From: Candidatus Thorarchaeota archaeon
GTDB lineage: Archaea; Asgardarchaeota; Thorarchaeia; Thorarchaeales; Thorarchaeaceae
Reading direction: 5' to 3'
Assembly: GCA_004524445.1 (NCBI GenBank)
Contig: SDNP01000012.1
Span: forward strand, 16,145-80,144
Length of the DNA stretch: 64,000 nucleotides
In this document: positions 21,401 to 29,097 of the stretch, piece by piece
Layout of the letters: every line of letters starts with the position of its first letter
Numbering within the stretch: the first letter of the stretch is position 1
Translations under genes and position numbers: made by a program
The notes under the pieces: generated by a model
Databases searched by the model: none
What the model was told of the DNA's origin: nothing
Seen by the model: only the letters and a program-made list of their open reading frames with translations

Positions 21401-21730
21401 GATTAGCATAGCCTTTCCAAAGCCACGTTTCTGAAATTCTGGATTTACTCCGAGGAGACCTACATATGATGCTTCAGGATCTAATTCGCTTTGGCACACG
21501 TTACAGTGTCCCACAATTTTGCCGTCAACTTCTGCAATCAGCACGCGAATATCTTCTTTCTTCTGAAGATTGTCAAGAACCCTTTCTGTTGTGATTGGTG
21601 TGCCACCCGTGAAGCCTCCGGGCCATGAGTCACTATCATCAAAGCTATTGAAGCACTCCGCCAGCAGTTTGGCATCTTCTCTGGTCTTTGCGATATCTCG
21701 CACGGTGCCTTCTGACAGCTTATTGGACAT
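18431..21730 (-). CDS. Large GNAT-family N-acetyltransferase with beta-rich C-terminal domains
   Basis: LGVNPEFQKRGFGK acetyl-CoA motif and LHTWGGNLKAVPLYKRVG; start placed at ATG 21730 (MSNKL) behind GGAGG. Confidence 0.85.
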   Translation of the reverse strand: MSNKLSEGTVRDIAKTREDAKLLAECFNSFDDSDSWPGGFTGGTPITTERVLDNLQKKEDIRVLIAEVDGKIVGHCNVCQSELDPEASYVGLLGVNPEFQKRGFGKAMLIEAAETSARAGKRRVDLHTWGGNLKAVPLYKRVGYNWVPETSVLMESHIPGILNAEIFSEFFKRHNWYNSLERDITQEPDTVQEDSIGVFKYHFAGNGDTLDVVIDREAKGMCGFSRTLDGQTIAAEIKPKRHIGYIGYGEVPFSIRLKNGTEGPLPYQLTISSSDYFHIKLKDEDTGILNPNETVELPGFFSIDKAAEPLDRDKDPDIKVRTQAEFALEFGGEKILLYSGLIPTELISVTTNPPFLALSPGEKKQIGVILSSNAELQLSGTAEIIPSEDTIIDPTRERFYLEAGESTEILIELNAPDSDESDVSVLELDLKVEQSGQESWLSRQRIPIPTISPSGAVAYRSPHGLLILETFSFRIGINDQPPMALRKIWHKQTNRTLSLWGFLPALGYPFPSGGSEWDRKRFDIQIHNTNDYAEVRLQGESTETPGCKLDICFKVFPGQEYLETSIEMTNNGQEVLDNLGVRIAGWADFNGQKLYVPLRGKIYHLSSAEWSGNEQLPRKPKEYHEQWAAVSMYDDKVLLGYLWDIGEDLREIRLRRRGLPYFEYGLPNIAPSETIEKRLLRFYIGDGEWIKIRNLSANLNNRRMPGHPQEIQSDLQVGFISPGNVRGLHSESSLLLRRNNVNDIEFEIRVINETPVAVQGRMDFPNGITLDNQDTFEFRSDSLGINSPYRVLLRLHASSDASWLREGGEITLRFQNRIARIPFAAIAYDSPQGVDVEIGQAQGKKLHQLLTKPLSIAVSPDYCGGLLRISKGSEESVLYDTFPKAKPFVWWARFHSGISPIIQAEGIWDWESALPKESWKATQIELSPWTGYEMTSSLKHCPGLKDFVWRLRYLVLPGTPLLHFSVKAENKSKKWARFTFGFRGALKQNGMPLSNVLTTFNGKEQLIEPTGQHLSVQSSAQEGWICIPNSPQPIGLISTAKHRETLSFATLSDKAQMFDLSDERELYPGESTSLQGYIVLSSSCDEVKTLKNLSALIFK

Positions 21731-21838
21731 CTTGATAGCCTCCACTAGAATTAAGGGAAACATCTATCCCCGATGGCAAATGATTAAGAGTTTTTTGAAC
21801 TCCGCCAATAGCTTCGAGGGATTCCATACCACTTAGGA

Positions 21839-23551
21839 CTATATGCCCAGCTGCTTCTTCAGTTCCGCAAGTTCCAGAGTGTTAATGACCCTATTTGGCT
21901 CGATCCAACCACGACGGGCAAGAGTAACACCTAGTTCTATGAATCTCAGATGCTCTGTGCTGTGGGAGTCTGTTCCAATCGAGAACCTCAAATCATGATC
22001 TTTGGCATCAATTAGGTGAGAGTCAGGAAGATCCATTCTTGTAGGGAAGCAATTTATTTCAAGGCAGACATCTTGATCCTCAGCTGCACTGTATATAGCA
22101 GGCAGGCCTAATTCATAGGGCTGTCTTTTGTTGAGGAGCCGACCAGTGAGATGCCCGATTATATCCACATGTTCATTATGAATGGCGGAAAGGATTCGTT
22201 CAGTAATTTGTTCTTGAGATTGTGACAACCCGGAGTGGATGGCTGCAACAACAACATCCAACTCCTCAAGAGCATCATTGGCAAGGTCCAGTTTGCCGTC
22301 TGAATCTATGTTCACTTCCGCGCCAGGAAGAATAGTAAACTCTTCTAATTCCTCATTCACTTTATCGATTTCTTTCTGTCGTTCTTGAAAATCATCTTCG
22401 TCCAACCCCGATGCAATTCCTAATCCTTGGGTATGATCACAAAGCGCAAGAAACTTCAGGCCAGATGCTTTCGCGGTGAGGGCCATCTCTTTCATAGAAT
22501 GAACCCCTTCACTCCAGTCGCTATGTACATGAAGGTCTGATTTGAGATGCTCAAAATTCAGAACCTCCGGAAGTCTCCCCTCCCCAGCTGCCTTTATTTC
22601 TCCTCGATTCTCTCTTAGCTCGGGAATAATATATTCCAGTTCCAATTTTCTGTATATTTCATCCTCTGTCTTCGAAGCCAAGGTTTCTTCTGATTCTCTG
22701 TCCTCCAAGCCATATTCACTTAATTTCCAATTATGGTCTATGGCCCGCTTTCTCAAGGCAATATTATGGTCCTTAGAGCCGGTAAAATACAATAATGCCG
22801 CTCCGAAATTTTTCTCATCGATGACTAAGAGATCCACTTGCAGGTTATTCTTCAGCACAACAGTGCTCTTTCTTTCGCCCTTGGATAGAACTCGCGCAAC
22901 TTTCTCGCTGGATGTGAAAAAATCCATCACCTTAGAAGAATTGTCTGATATGACAAGAATATCAGCATCCCCAATAGTTGGTCTGCGCCTGCGTGTTGAT
23001 CCAGCAATCTCAACGCGGCTAACATAATCCAGCTCGTCAAGTTGGGTCTTTATTTCTTCTACATCGGGCAGCATATATCCTAAGACAAATCGTTCGTGGC
23101 TCTCTCGATACATCGAGATATTTTCCAATATGTTCTGTTCAGTCTTCTCTCCAAATCCCTCAAGTTCGCGAATTTTGTGATTCTGAGCTGCATGCTCTAA
23201 CTCATCAACAGTTGTTATTTTCAGTTCTTGATACAGCTTCTCAGCCATTTTTGGACCTATGCCTTCAACAGCCATGAGACTCCGCAATCCTTGGGGCATT
23301 TCTTCACGAAGGTTGTTGAGATACTCCAATTCACCCCGCTGGAGGTATTCAGCAATTTTTTCAGCGATGCTCTCACCTACACCCGAAACCTCTTGCAGCT
23401 CTCCCTGGTGATATACCTCTTCAATTGGATCCGAAAGCGTTTCAATAGCGCCAGCGGCTCTTCTATAGGCTCTTGGCTTCCACTGAACTCCCTTGATTTC
23501 AAGATAGTCTGCGATTTCATAGAGTATGTCGGCTACTTCCTGGTTTTTCAC
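21839..23551 (-). CDS. polX: DNA polymerase X family / PHP domain protein
   Basis: HhH motifs (GVGESIA, GIGPK, GFGEK), AGSTRR, GDADIL, VDL, YFTGSKDHN, PHP motif DLHVHSDWSEG. Confidence 0.95.
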   Translation of the reverse strand: MKNQEVADILYEIADYLEIKGVQWKPRAYRRAAGAIETLSDPIEEVYHQGELQEVSGVGESIAEKIAEYLQRGELEYLNNLREEMPQGLRSLMAVEGIGPKMAEKLYQELKITTVDELEHAAQNHKIRELEGFGEKTEQNILENISMYRESHERFVLGYMLPDVEEIKTQLDELDYVSRVEIAGSTRRRRPTIGDADILVISDNSSKVMDFFTSSEKVARVLSKGERKSTVVLKNNLQVDLLVIDEKNFGAALLYFTGSKDHNIALRKRAIDHNWKLSEYGLEDRESEETLASKTEDEIYRKLELEYIIPELRENRGEIKAAGEGRLPEVLNFEHLKSDLHVHSDWSEGVHSMKEMALTAKASGLKFLALCDHTQGLGIASGLDEDDFQERQKEIDKVNEELEEFTILPGAEVNIDSDGKLDLANDALEELDVVVAAIHSGLSQSQEQITERILSAIHNEHVDIIGHLTGRLLNKRQPYELGLPAIYSAAEDQDVCLEINCFPTRMDLPDSHLIDAKDHDLRFSIGTDSHSTEHLRFIELGVTLARRGWIEPNRVINTLELAELKKQLGI

Positions 23552-23555
23552 CAGC

Positions 23556-25313
23556 CTACGCCTCCTGGTTTTCGTACATGGTCACAATTTCTGATGTGGT
23601 TGTTGCATCTGTTGGACTCTTGTCAGGACGCCAATTTTGAAACCTGGGAAAGCGAAGAGAGAGCCCTCGATCTCCGTCCCCATCGCATGTGTGCACAGGA
23701 CTCTTTGTTATTTCAGAGGATAGAATTTCTGCAACGTACTTGGGATAGAACCAGTAATCGGGTTCAATATCCTTTGTCGCTGATATCCTAGCTGGTCGCG
23801 AATCGGTCTTAGCATCTTCCAGCTTGTCGGGTAGATTTTCTAGTACCTCATCAGTGAATCCACTACCAAGCTTGCATACTGTTTCAAAAACAGCCTCTTC
23901 TTTGTTGTAGGTCGCACACAATAACGATCCGTAAGTACCTGCACGGGCACCTTTACCCGCATAAGCACCAATTATGACTAGGTCCAGAGTATCAGAAAGG
24001 TCAGAGGCATAACTTGGTTTCCATTTAATCCAGCTCCACTCTCTTGCACCAGCACGATAGCGTGAATTATCTCCACAGGATTTACATACAACGCCCTCAA
24101 GTCCCCGATCTAGACATTCCTGGAAAAATTCGTCGATAGCTTCAAGCTTCGAACTAGTTACGCGCCCTGCAATCTTCATCTTGGCGGTTTCATTCACTGT
24201 TCTTTCAAGGTTGTTTCTTCTCTCAGGATAGAGCTTTGTCAGAAGTGATTTTCCATTCTTATAGAGGATATCAAAGACAACGTATTGTACGGGGATTTTT
24301 TCCGCATACTCTTCAACATCATATTTCCGCCTTCTATTCATTATTCGTTGAAACGGATAGTACTCTTCTTTTTCAAAGTCATAGGCAACAGCTTCCCCAT
24401 CTAGAATAACAGATTCTGCAGAGGTGTGGTCTTGTACATATTGAACTATATCTGGAAACTGCCCTGTCACTTCATTGAGTCTTCTCGAGTATAATCGAGT
24501 CTTATCTCCGTCCTTATGGGCTTGGATCCGTTCACCATCATATTTCTCCTCTGCTGCAATAACCTCAGACCCTATCTTCTCCATAAGAGTTGTCAAACTG
24601 TCCACTCGCTGAGCTAACATGGGTCTAAGTGGACGATTGATGGCTACACGCATTCTCTTGATTCCGTCCAAACCGCTCTTTGCAAGCACTTCAGCAACGT
24701 GTCCAATGTCTGAAGATACGTTGTAAGCATGCTCCAAGGGTTCTCTCTTATCCTTTGAACCAAGAAAGGCTTCTGCTAGACCATCAAGTACGGTCATATC
24801 ACCAGCCCCCAGCCGCATCGTACCCAATGCAAGCCGAACTATGTAACGACGCTCCAAATCATTGCTGGCCGCTAATAGACTAGCAAGGATACGCTTCTTT
24901 TCCTCTTGGGAACCAGATCCACTTGCGTTCGCGATGGCAATGAGTCCCTGGTGAACTTCATCTACGGTCAGATTGGTACCGGTTTTGAGTTCATCTTGAT
25001 ACAGCTCGTGCCGCCTTCCATAGAAATAAGCAGCACCATCACCAAGGTCACCCAACTCCTTCATCTTTGATTCGACTTCGCTCTCATCAACATTTGATGC
25101 CATTGCCACGCTGGCCTTGGTCATCTCTTCTCCCAATCCAACTTTGACATCCCTATAGTCAGCCGCAATATCCCCAGTCAAGAAATAGGCAGCTATGTCG
25201 ATTATTTCCTCGTCAATCTCAGTGAAAAGGTCGGACATAATGGAGATCATTTTGTTTCGAGATGAGGTTTCTTCTATCTTTTCGAAGTATTGGGCAAGAA
25301 CCTCAAATTTCAA
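23556..25313 (-). CDS. lig: ATP-dependent DNA ligase (archaeal/ligase I type)
   Basis: PMLA, EEKYDGERIQAH, ILDGE, FDILY, EGVVCK, WIKWK, LDLVIIG, SLRFPRF. Confidence 0.97.
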   Translation of the reverse strand: MKFEVLAQYFEKIEETSSRNKMISIMSDLFTEIDEEIIDIAAYFLTGDIAADYRDVKVGLGEEMTKASVAMASNVDESEVESKMKELGDLGDGAAYFYGRRHELYQDELKTGTNLTVDEVHQGLIAIANASGSGSQEEKKRILASLLAASNDLERRYIVRLALGTMRLGAGDMTVLDGLAEAFLGSKDKREPLEHAYNVSSDIGHVAEVLAKSGLDGIKRMRVAINRPLRPMLAQRVDSLTTLMEKIGSEVIAAEEKYDGERIQAHKDGDKTRLYSRRLNEVTGQFPDIVQYVQDHTSAESVILDGEAVAYDFEKEEYYPFQRIMNRRRKYDVEEYAEKIPVQYVVFDILYKNGKSLLTKLYPERRNNLERTVNETAKMKIAGRVTSSKLEAIDEFFQECLDRGLEGVVCKSCGDNSRYRAGAREWSWIKWKPSYASDLSDTLDLVIIGAYAGKGARAGTYGSLLCATYNKEEAVFETVCKLGSGFTDEVLENLPDKLEDAKTDSRPARISATKDIEPDYWFYPKYVAEILSSEITKSPVHTCDGDGDRGLSLRFPRFQNWRPDKSPTDATTTSEIVTMYENQEA

Positions 25314-25390
25314 CCTTAATCCGTCATATTAAACATAGTTATGTGCGAAATAAGAGTTTGGAAGCATTCGTTTTAAAAAAGGAGCCATCC

Positions 25391-25433
25391 AAACTAAAAC
25401 AGAAATAAATGGAGGGGGCAAAATCCCCCACCA
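25391..25433 (-). terminator. Hairpin plus T-rich tract terminating the minus-strand membrane-protein operon
   Basis: TGG-A-GGGGG-CAAAAT-CCCCC-A-CCA stem; on the minus strand it is followed by TTTATTTCTGTTTTAGTTT, just after the stop at 25442. Confidence 0.55.
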
Positions 25434-25441
25434 CCGAAGCT

Positions 25442-26209
25442 TCAGGATAGTGTAGCCTGCACGCCACCCATAGTGGCAGTTGCTGATATGGTCAATGTCT
25501 GAGAAGCAGAGTTGTAGTCAGATGTTTCATAGATGTTTCCGTCAACCCCACTCCAACCATTTGCAACAATATCTACTCCACCGATTGTAGTGCTAGCAGT
25601 GAATCGCCCCCCAACAGAATTAGGTAAAGCGACATTCATCTGAATCCCACCAGTAGTGGTTTCAGCAACGAAATGGACATCATCGCCATAGAGTATTGCA
25701 TCATCGCTCAGAGTCAATTCTATGCCGCCAGTAGTTGCAGTTATGTCAACGTTACCAATATGGGCATACTCATTGATAGCCACCTGACACCCCCCAGAAG
25801 CGACGTTCAAATCCATAGTATAGTTTGATCCGCTGCCTAGTGTTACATTCACAGCTGCAGCTGGATAATCAAGCGTGATGAAACCAGATGCATAGTCCAC
25901 TGTAGGCAAGCCGTATTGTTGTATTGTGTTATTAGGAACTTCCATATCAATTCTGTACAGAAGTGCATTGTCTTCCACAAACATTACTCTAACAGCTCCA
26001 GCATCAATTGATATATTCACAGTTGTTAGTTCTGGCATTGTGGTGGGCTCACGTTCAAATGTGAATTCAGTGGTGTCCTGCCAGTTAGTACCAGTCCAAT
26101 TCCAGTGAGCTGTACCAAACCATGCTAGAGCTCCGACTACAATTGCACCGATAACTATGACAGCTATGATGCAAGCAACCATCGTGTTGTTTCGTTCGTA
26201 ATTACTCAT
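25442..26209 (-). CDS. Membrane-anchored beta-strand repeat protein (DUF4097/adhesin-like)
   Basis: N-terminal TM helix, repeated TTGGI/ASGG/TIGGV/TMGGV units; start ATG 26209 overlaps the upstream stop. Confidence 0.7.
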   Translation of the reverse strand: MSNYERNNTMVACIIAVIVIGAIVVGALAWFGTAHWNWTGTNWQDTTEFTFEREPTTMPELTTVNISIDAGAVRVMFVEDNALLYRIDMEVPNNTIQQYGLPTVDYASGFITLDYPAAAVNVTLGSGSNYTMDLNVASGGCQVAINEYAHIGNVDITATTGGIELTLSDDAILYGDDVHFVAETTTGGIQMNVALPNSVGGRFTASTTIGGVDIVANGWSGVDGNIYETSDYNSASQTLTISATATMGGVQATLS

Positions 26210-26846
26210 TGTCGGTATTCTTCCTTTCAAATTTCTTGAGAAAATCATTCCATTGCTCTCGGTGTTTCCGATATATCGAATCTTTTTCCAACGCAAACTT
26301 CCGCATGATGCGTGATGCGTCATTTCTGACTGAGGGAGAGAGTTGCCGGTAGAGCTCTTCGTCACAGATAGGCAGATTAGAACTAACTTCATTCTCTATC
26401 TCTATCAATTGCCTCAGTAATTCCATTGCTTCTTGTTTCTGGGAATCGGCGATATCTATCCCATACACTCTCAGTGCAGAAACCGTTGATTGAAGCCGAT
26501 CCTTCGCAAATTGAGCAACTCCCCCATTTGTTTGCATCATGCCGGATATTCCAAGGCGATACTCTCTAGCAGATGTGCGATAGAATCGCTGAGTGATGCC
26601 AGTGGGGGTTTGTTCTGTGCGCTCCTGGACCACCAGACCTGCTTTCTTCAGCTTATCAATATGGTGCAGTATGGTCCCAGGATTCTTGTCTAGAGCATCA
26701 GCAAGCTGCTTCACCGTCATCGGAACATTTGATAAATACTTGAACACAATGGCGGCTCTAGTTGGTTCAAAGAGTATCTTGATCGTTTTTGGGTCAGAAA
26801 TTACTTCTAAATCCGACATAGGTAGTACTTCTTCTTCGTCTGACAT
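26202..26846 (-). CDS. ArsR/HTH_20-type winged-helix transcriptional regulator
   Basis: PTRAAI..L...PMTVKQLADAL......ILHHIDKLKKAGLV...RFYR. Confidence 0.88.
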   Translation of the reverse strand: MSDEEEVLPMSDLEVISDPKTIKILFEPTRAAIVFKYLSNVPMTVKQLADALDKNPGTILHHIDKLKKAGLVVQERTEQTPTGITQRFYRTSAREYRLGISGMMQTNGGVAQFAKDRLQSTVSALRVYGIDIADSQKQEAMELLRQLIEIENEVSSNLPICDEELYRQLSPSVRNDASRIMRKFALEKDSIYRKHREQWNDFLKKFERKNTDNE

Positions 26847-26849
26847 CTT

Positions 26850-27764
26850 CTATACATCCCCCACAAGTCGGATATCAGGTTGTGTTTCTTCATGCTGTGT
26901 GCCATTCACTCCACTTAGTATCATATACACGCGACTCAAAACGATTACAGCAGCAGGAAAATGGATGAAAATCAGAAACAGCACAACCGCCACACCATAG
27001 AGGCCGAGTATGCTAATTGCTATGACACCAATACTTGCGAAATATGGAGTAAGCATCAATGGCAGAACCAGTAGAGTTGGAATTCCGATTAGAGATATCC
27101 AGACAGAAAACACCCTGTCGAAATACCGGGTACTCATCTTCAAAGAAACTCGTACTGCATCCAGAACTGAGTGTCCATCTATGATCGCTGGGAATACCAT
27201 TGATAGAAGCCCCATGACCACTGTGAGGTATATCACACTACCTGCTGAGAACACAGTTATTGTTGCGTTTGTTGGAGTCATGAACACAATTGGTCCCGCA
27301 AAGACGAAAAGCAAGCCAACTGGTAGGATGGCTAATAGGAACATTATGATGCCGCCTCCAGCAAGCTCTAAGAATTTGCTCTTGTACCATGCAAAAACGC
27401 CCTGTGCGGTGGTTCCTTCACTCTCCACAATTTCTCTGCCCATTCCAAAAAGCGCCCCCACAGCTACTAGAACTGGAGCCGCAATTGGCAGAAGAATTAG
27501 CGCAAAGATTCCAAAGATGGCAGCACCGCTGATGCTTGAGAAGTCTGTTGCCAAGGTTGTGAATAGCAACACGAGGTCCTCAAAACCAATTGTCAAAATA
27601 AATAGTGGTACAATGATGACAAGCAGTACGACCATGAGAAGTACCGTAACGACAAGAACACCTAGCGTTCCAAGAATAAAAGATATGACGTTCTTGAAAG
27701 CAAACCGATAACTAATCTTCCAGTCTTGGAATAGGGTTCTAAGGCTTGATTGTTTTTCAGACAT
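26850..27764 (-). CDS. Polytopic membrane protein (paralog of 27841-28758)
   Basis: About 6 TM helices; GALFGMGREIVE...FAWYKSKF matches its neighbour; start ATG 27764 after AGGTGA. Confidence 0.8.
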   Translation of the reverse strand: MSEKQSSLRTLFQDWKISYRFAFKNVISFILGTLGVLVVTVLLMVVLLVIIVPLFILTIGFEDLVLLFTTLATDFSSISGAAIFGIFALILLPIAAPVLVAVGALFGMGREIVESEGTTAQGVFAWYKSKFLELAGGGIIMFLLAILPVGLLFVFAGPIVFMTPTNATITVFSAGSVIYLTVVMGLLSMVFPAIIDGHSVLDAVRVSLKMSTRYFDRVFSVWISLIGIPTLLVLPLMLTPYFASIGVIAISILGLYGVAVVLFLIFIHFPAAVIVLSRVYMILSGVNGTQHEETQPDIRLVGDV

Positions 27765-27840
27765 TTTGTTATCACCTAAGGGGGTAGTTTGAGTGTCCAC
27801 AGAGTAATTACATCCGCAGACACTCGTTGTCGCTCATATA

Positions 27841-28758
27841 TCACATCATTGGTACTTCAGGTGCAGTTGGCTCGTAGACTTGCCCCCCAGTGATTTCATG
27901 ATACACCTTCACAATTGAAATGACTGCCATGGGTAGGAAGAGGAGAAGAGTTAGAAGACCTGCAATAACAGCCCAAATCCCAATGAAGATTGCAGCTGGA
28001 TTGAGTGCCATAGCGGGATTGGGACCAATCAGCAGACCGCCAATTATCACTGGAGAGTAGACAAGCACAAAGAATACAATCAGACCGCTTAATAATCCGA
28101 ACACGCGCTCGAAGTTCTTTTTGGCCAGATTGAATGACTCTTTGAATGCATCTTGTACATTCTGCCCGTTTACAACGCTGGGTATGACCATGAGGCAAAA
28201 TCCCACCGTGATAAAGGTGTATATGAAGCTAAAGACTGAGAGTACTATTGAGGCGACTCCAGTCACTTGGAAGTCCATCGCCCATGAAACCAGGCCGTAC
28301 ACAATGCCTTGGGGAACGAGTATGATTAGTGTAAGGATCACACCAGTTCCGGCGAAGGTAAGGAATTTGCGCCTAAACCATGAAAAAGCAGATTCAGCTT
28401 TGGTTTCGCCAGTTTCTACGACCTCTTTACTCATGCCAAAGATTGAGCCTACTACTACAAGAGCTGCAGCAGCAAAGGGCAACATTATCAAGATACCAAC
28501 ACCACCGATGGCAAAGATTGCACCAGGATTGTGCGGCATAGTGTTAGCCATCCACTGTCCCCACTCAGTCCATACAACTGGCCCAGTGAGTAAGAACAAA
28601 GCGACAATGGGGATTGCAATAACCATCACAATCAGGACGAGTACTATTGCCATTCCTAAGTTAGCTAAGAAGTACGAGAGCATGTTGTTCTTGGCCATCC
28701 TTAGACTTGACTTCAAGTTCTCGTAGATTGTTCCGAAGGAGGTTGTTTGATTCGACAT
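27841..28758 (-). CDS. Polytopic membrane protein
   Basis: About 6 TM helices; GSIFGMSKEVVE...FSWFRRKF; DAFKESF motif. Confidence 0.8.
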   Translation of the reverse strand: MSNQTTSFGTIYENLKSSLRMAKNNMLSYFLANLGMAIVLVLIVMVIAIPIVALFLLTGPVVWTEWGQWMANTMPHNPGAIFAIGGVGILIMLPFAAAALVVVGSIFGMSKEVVETGETKAESAFSWFRRKFLTFAGTGVILTLIILVPQGIVYGLVSWAMDFQVTGVASIVLSVFSFIYTFITVGFCLMVIPSVVNGQNVQDAFKESFNLAKKNFERVFGLLSGLIVFFVLVYSPVIIGGLLIGPNPAMALNPAAIFIGIWAVIAGLLTLLLFLPMAVISIVKVYHEITGGQVYEPTAPEVPMM

Positions 28759-28773
28759 TAATTTTCCACCGTA

Positions 28774-28855
28774 ATGTTTGTCAATCGTTATATCGTTTGA
28801 CTTATACCAAAATAGGCTTCTTTATTTATAAGTATTTTGATGTTTGCCAAACATC
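28774..28855. promoter_or_regulatory. Putative operator palindromes flanking a TATA box
   Basis: Perfect GATGTTTG-C-CAAACATC (28839-28855), related ATGTTTGTCAATCGT (28774-28788), and TTATAAATA on the minus strand between them. Confidence 0.55.
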
Positions 28856-28884
28856 GGGGCGTTTGGGAGAAGGAGAGTTAATCA

Positions 28885-28980
28885 CCAAAAGCAGGGGGTG
28901 GTCAGCACAGCCAGTGGCGAGCTGAATTGGTTGTCGAGGGAGGTCGACAGACACATGTCGAACTGACTATCCTGACCAAT
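28885..28980 (-). ncRNA. Candidate structured small RNA
   Basis: Nested stems UGGUCAG/CUGACCA, AUAGUCAG/CUGGCUGU (G-U pairs possible only on the minus strand), and UGUCGA-CCUCCC-UCGACA hairpin; TTTATG ~25 nt upstream and a T-run downstream. Confidence 0.5.
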
Positions 28981-29097
28981 AGCATATTCATATCTAGGAA
29001 ACATAAACTCGTAAAAAGTCGGCAACCTATACCACTCTAGCTGACATATTTAATAAGCTTAGACTCTACGAAGAAAAGCAATCGAGGGGACCAAGAT

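Noticed and set aside
25355-25395. AGTTTGGA...TCCAAACT inverted repeat upstream of lig
   Set aside because: 8-bp arms with a 25-nt spacer and a single occurrence; could be chance
27010-28726. Long plus-strand ORFs (233 aa, 201 aa) and the many other short antisense ORFs in the track
   Set aside because: Shadows of real genes on the opposite strand, with no motifs of their own
28885-28980. tRNA, C/D-box sRNA or SECIS
   Set aside because: No cloverleaf with a T-loop in a proper arm, no RUGAUGA box, and no nearby in-frame UGA selenoprotein
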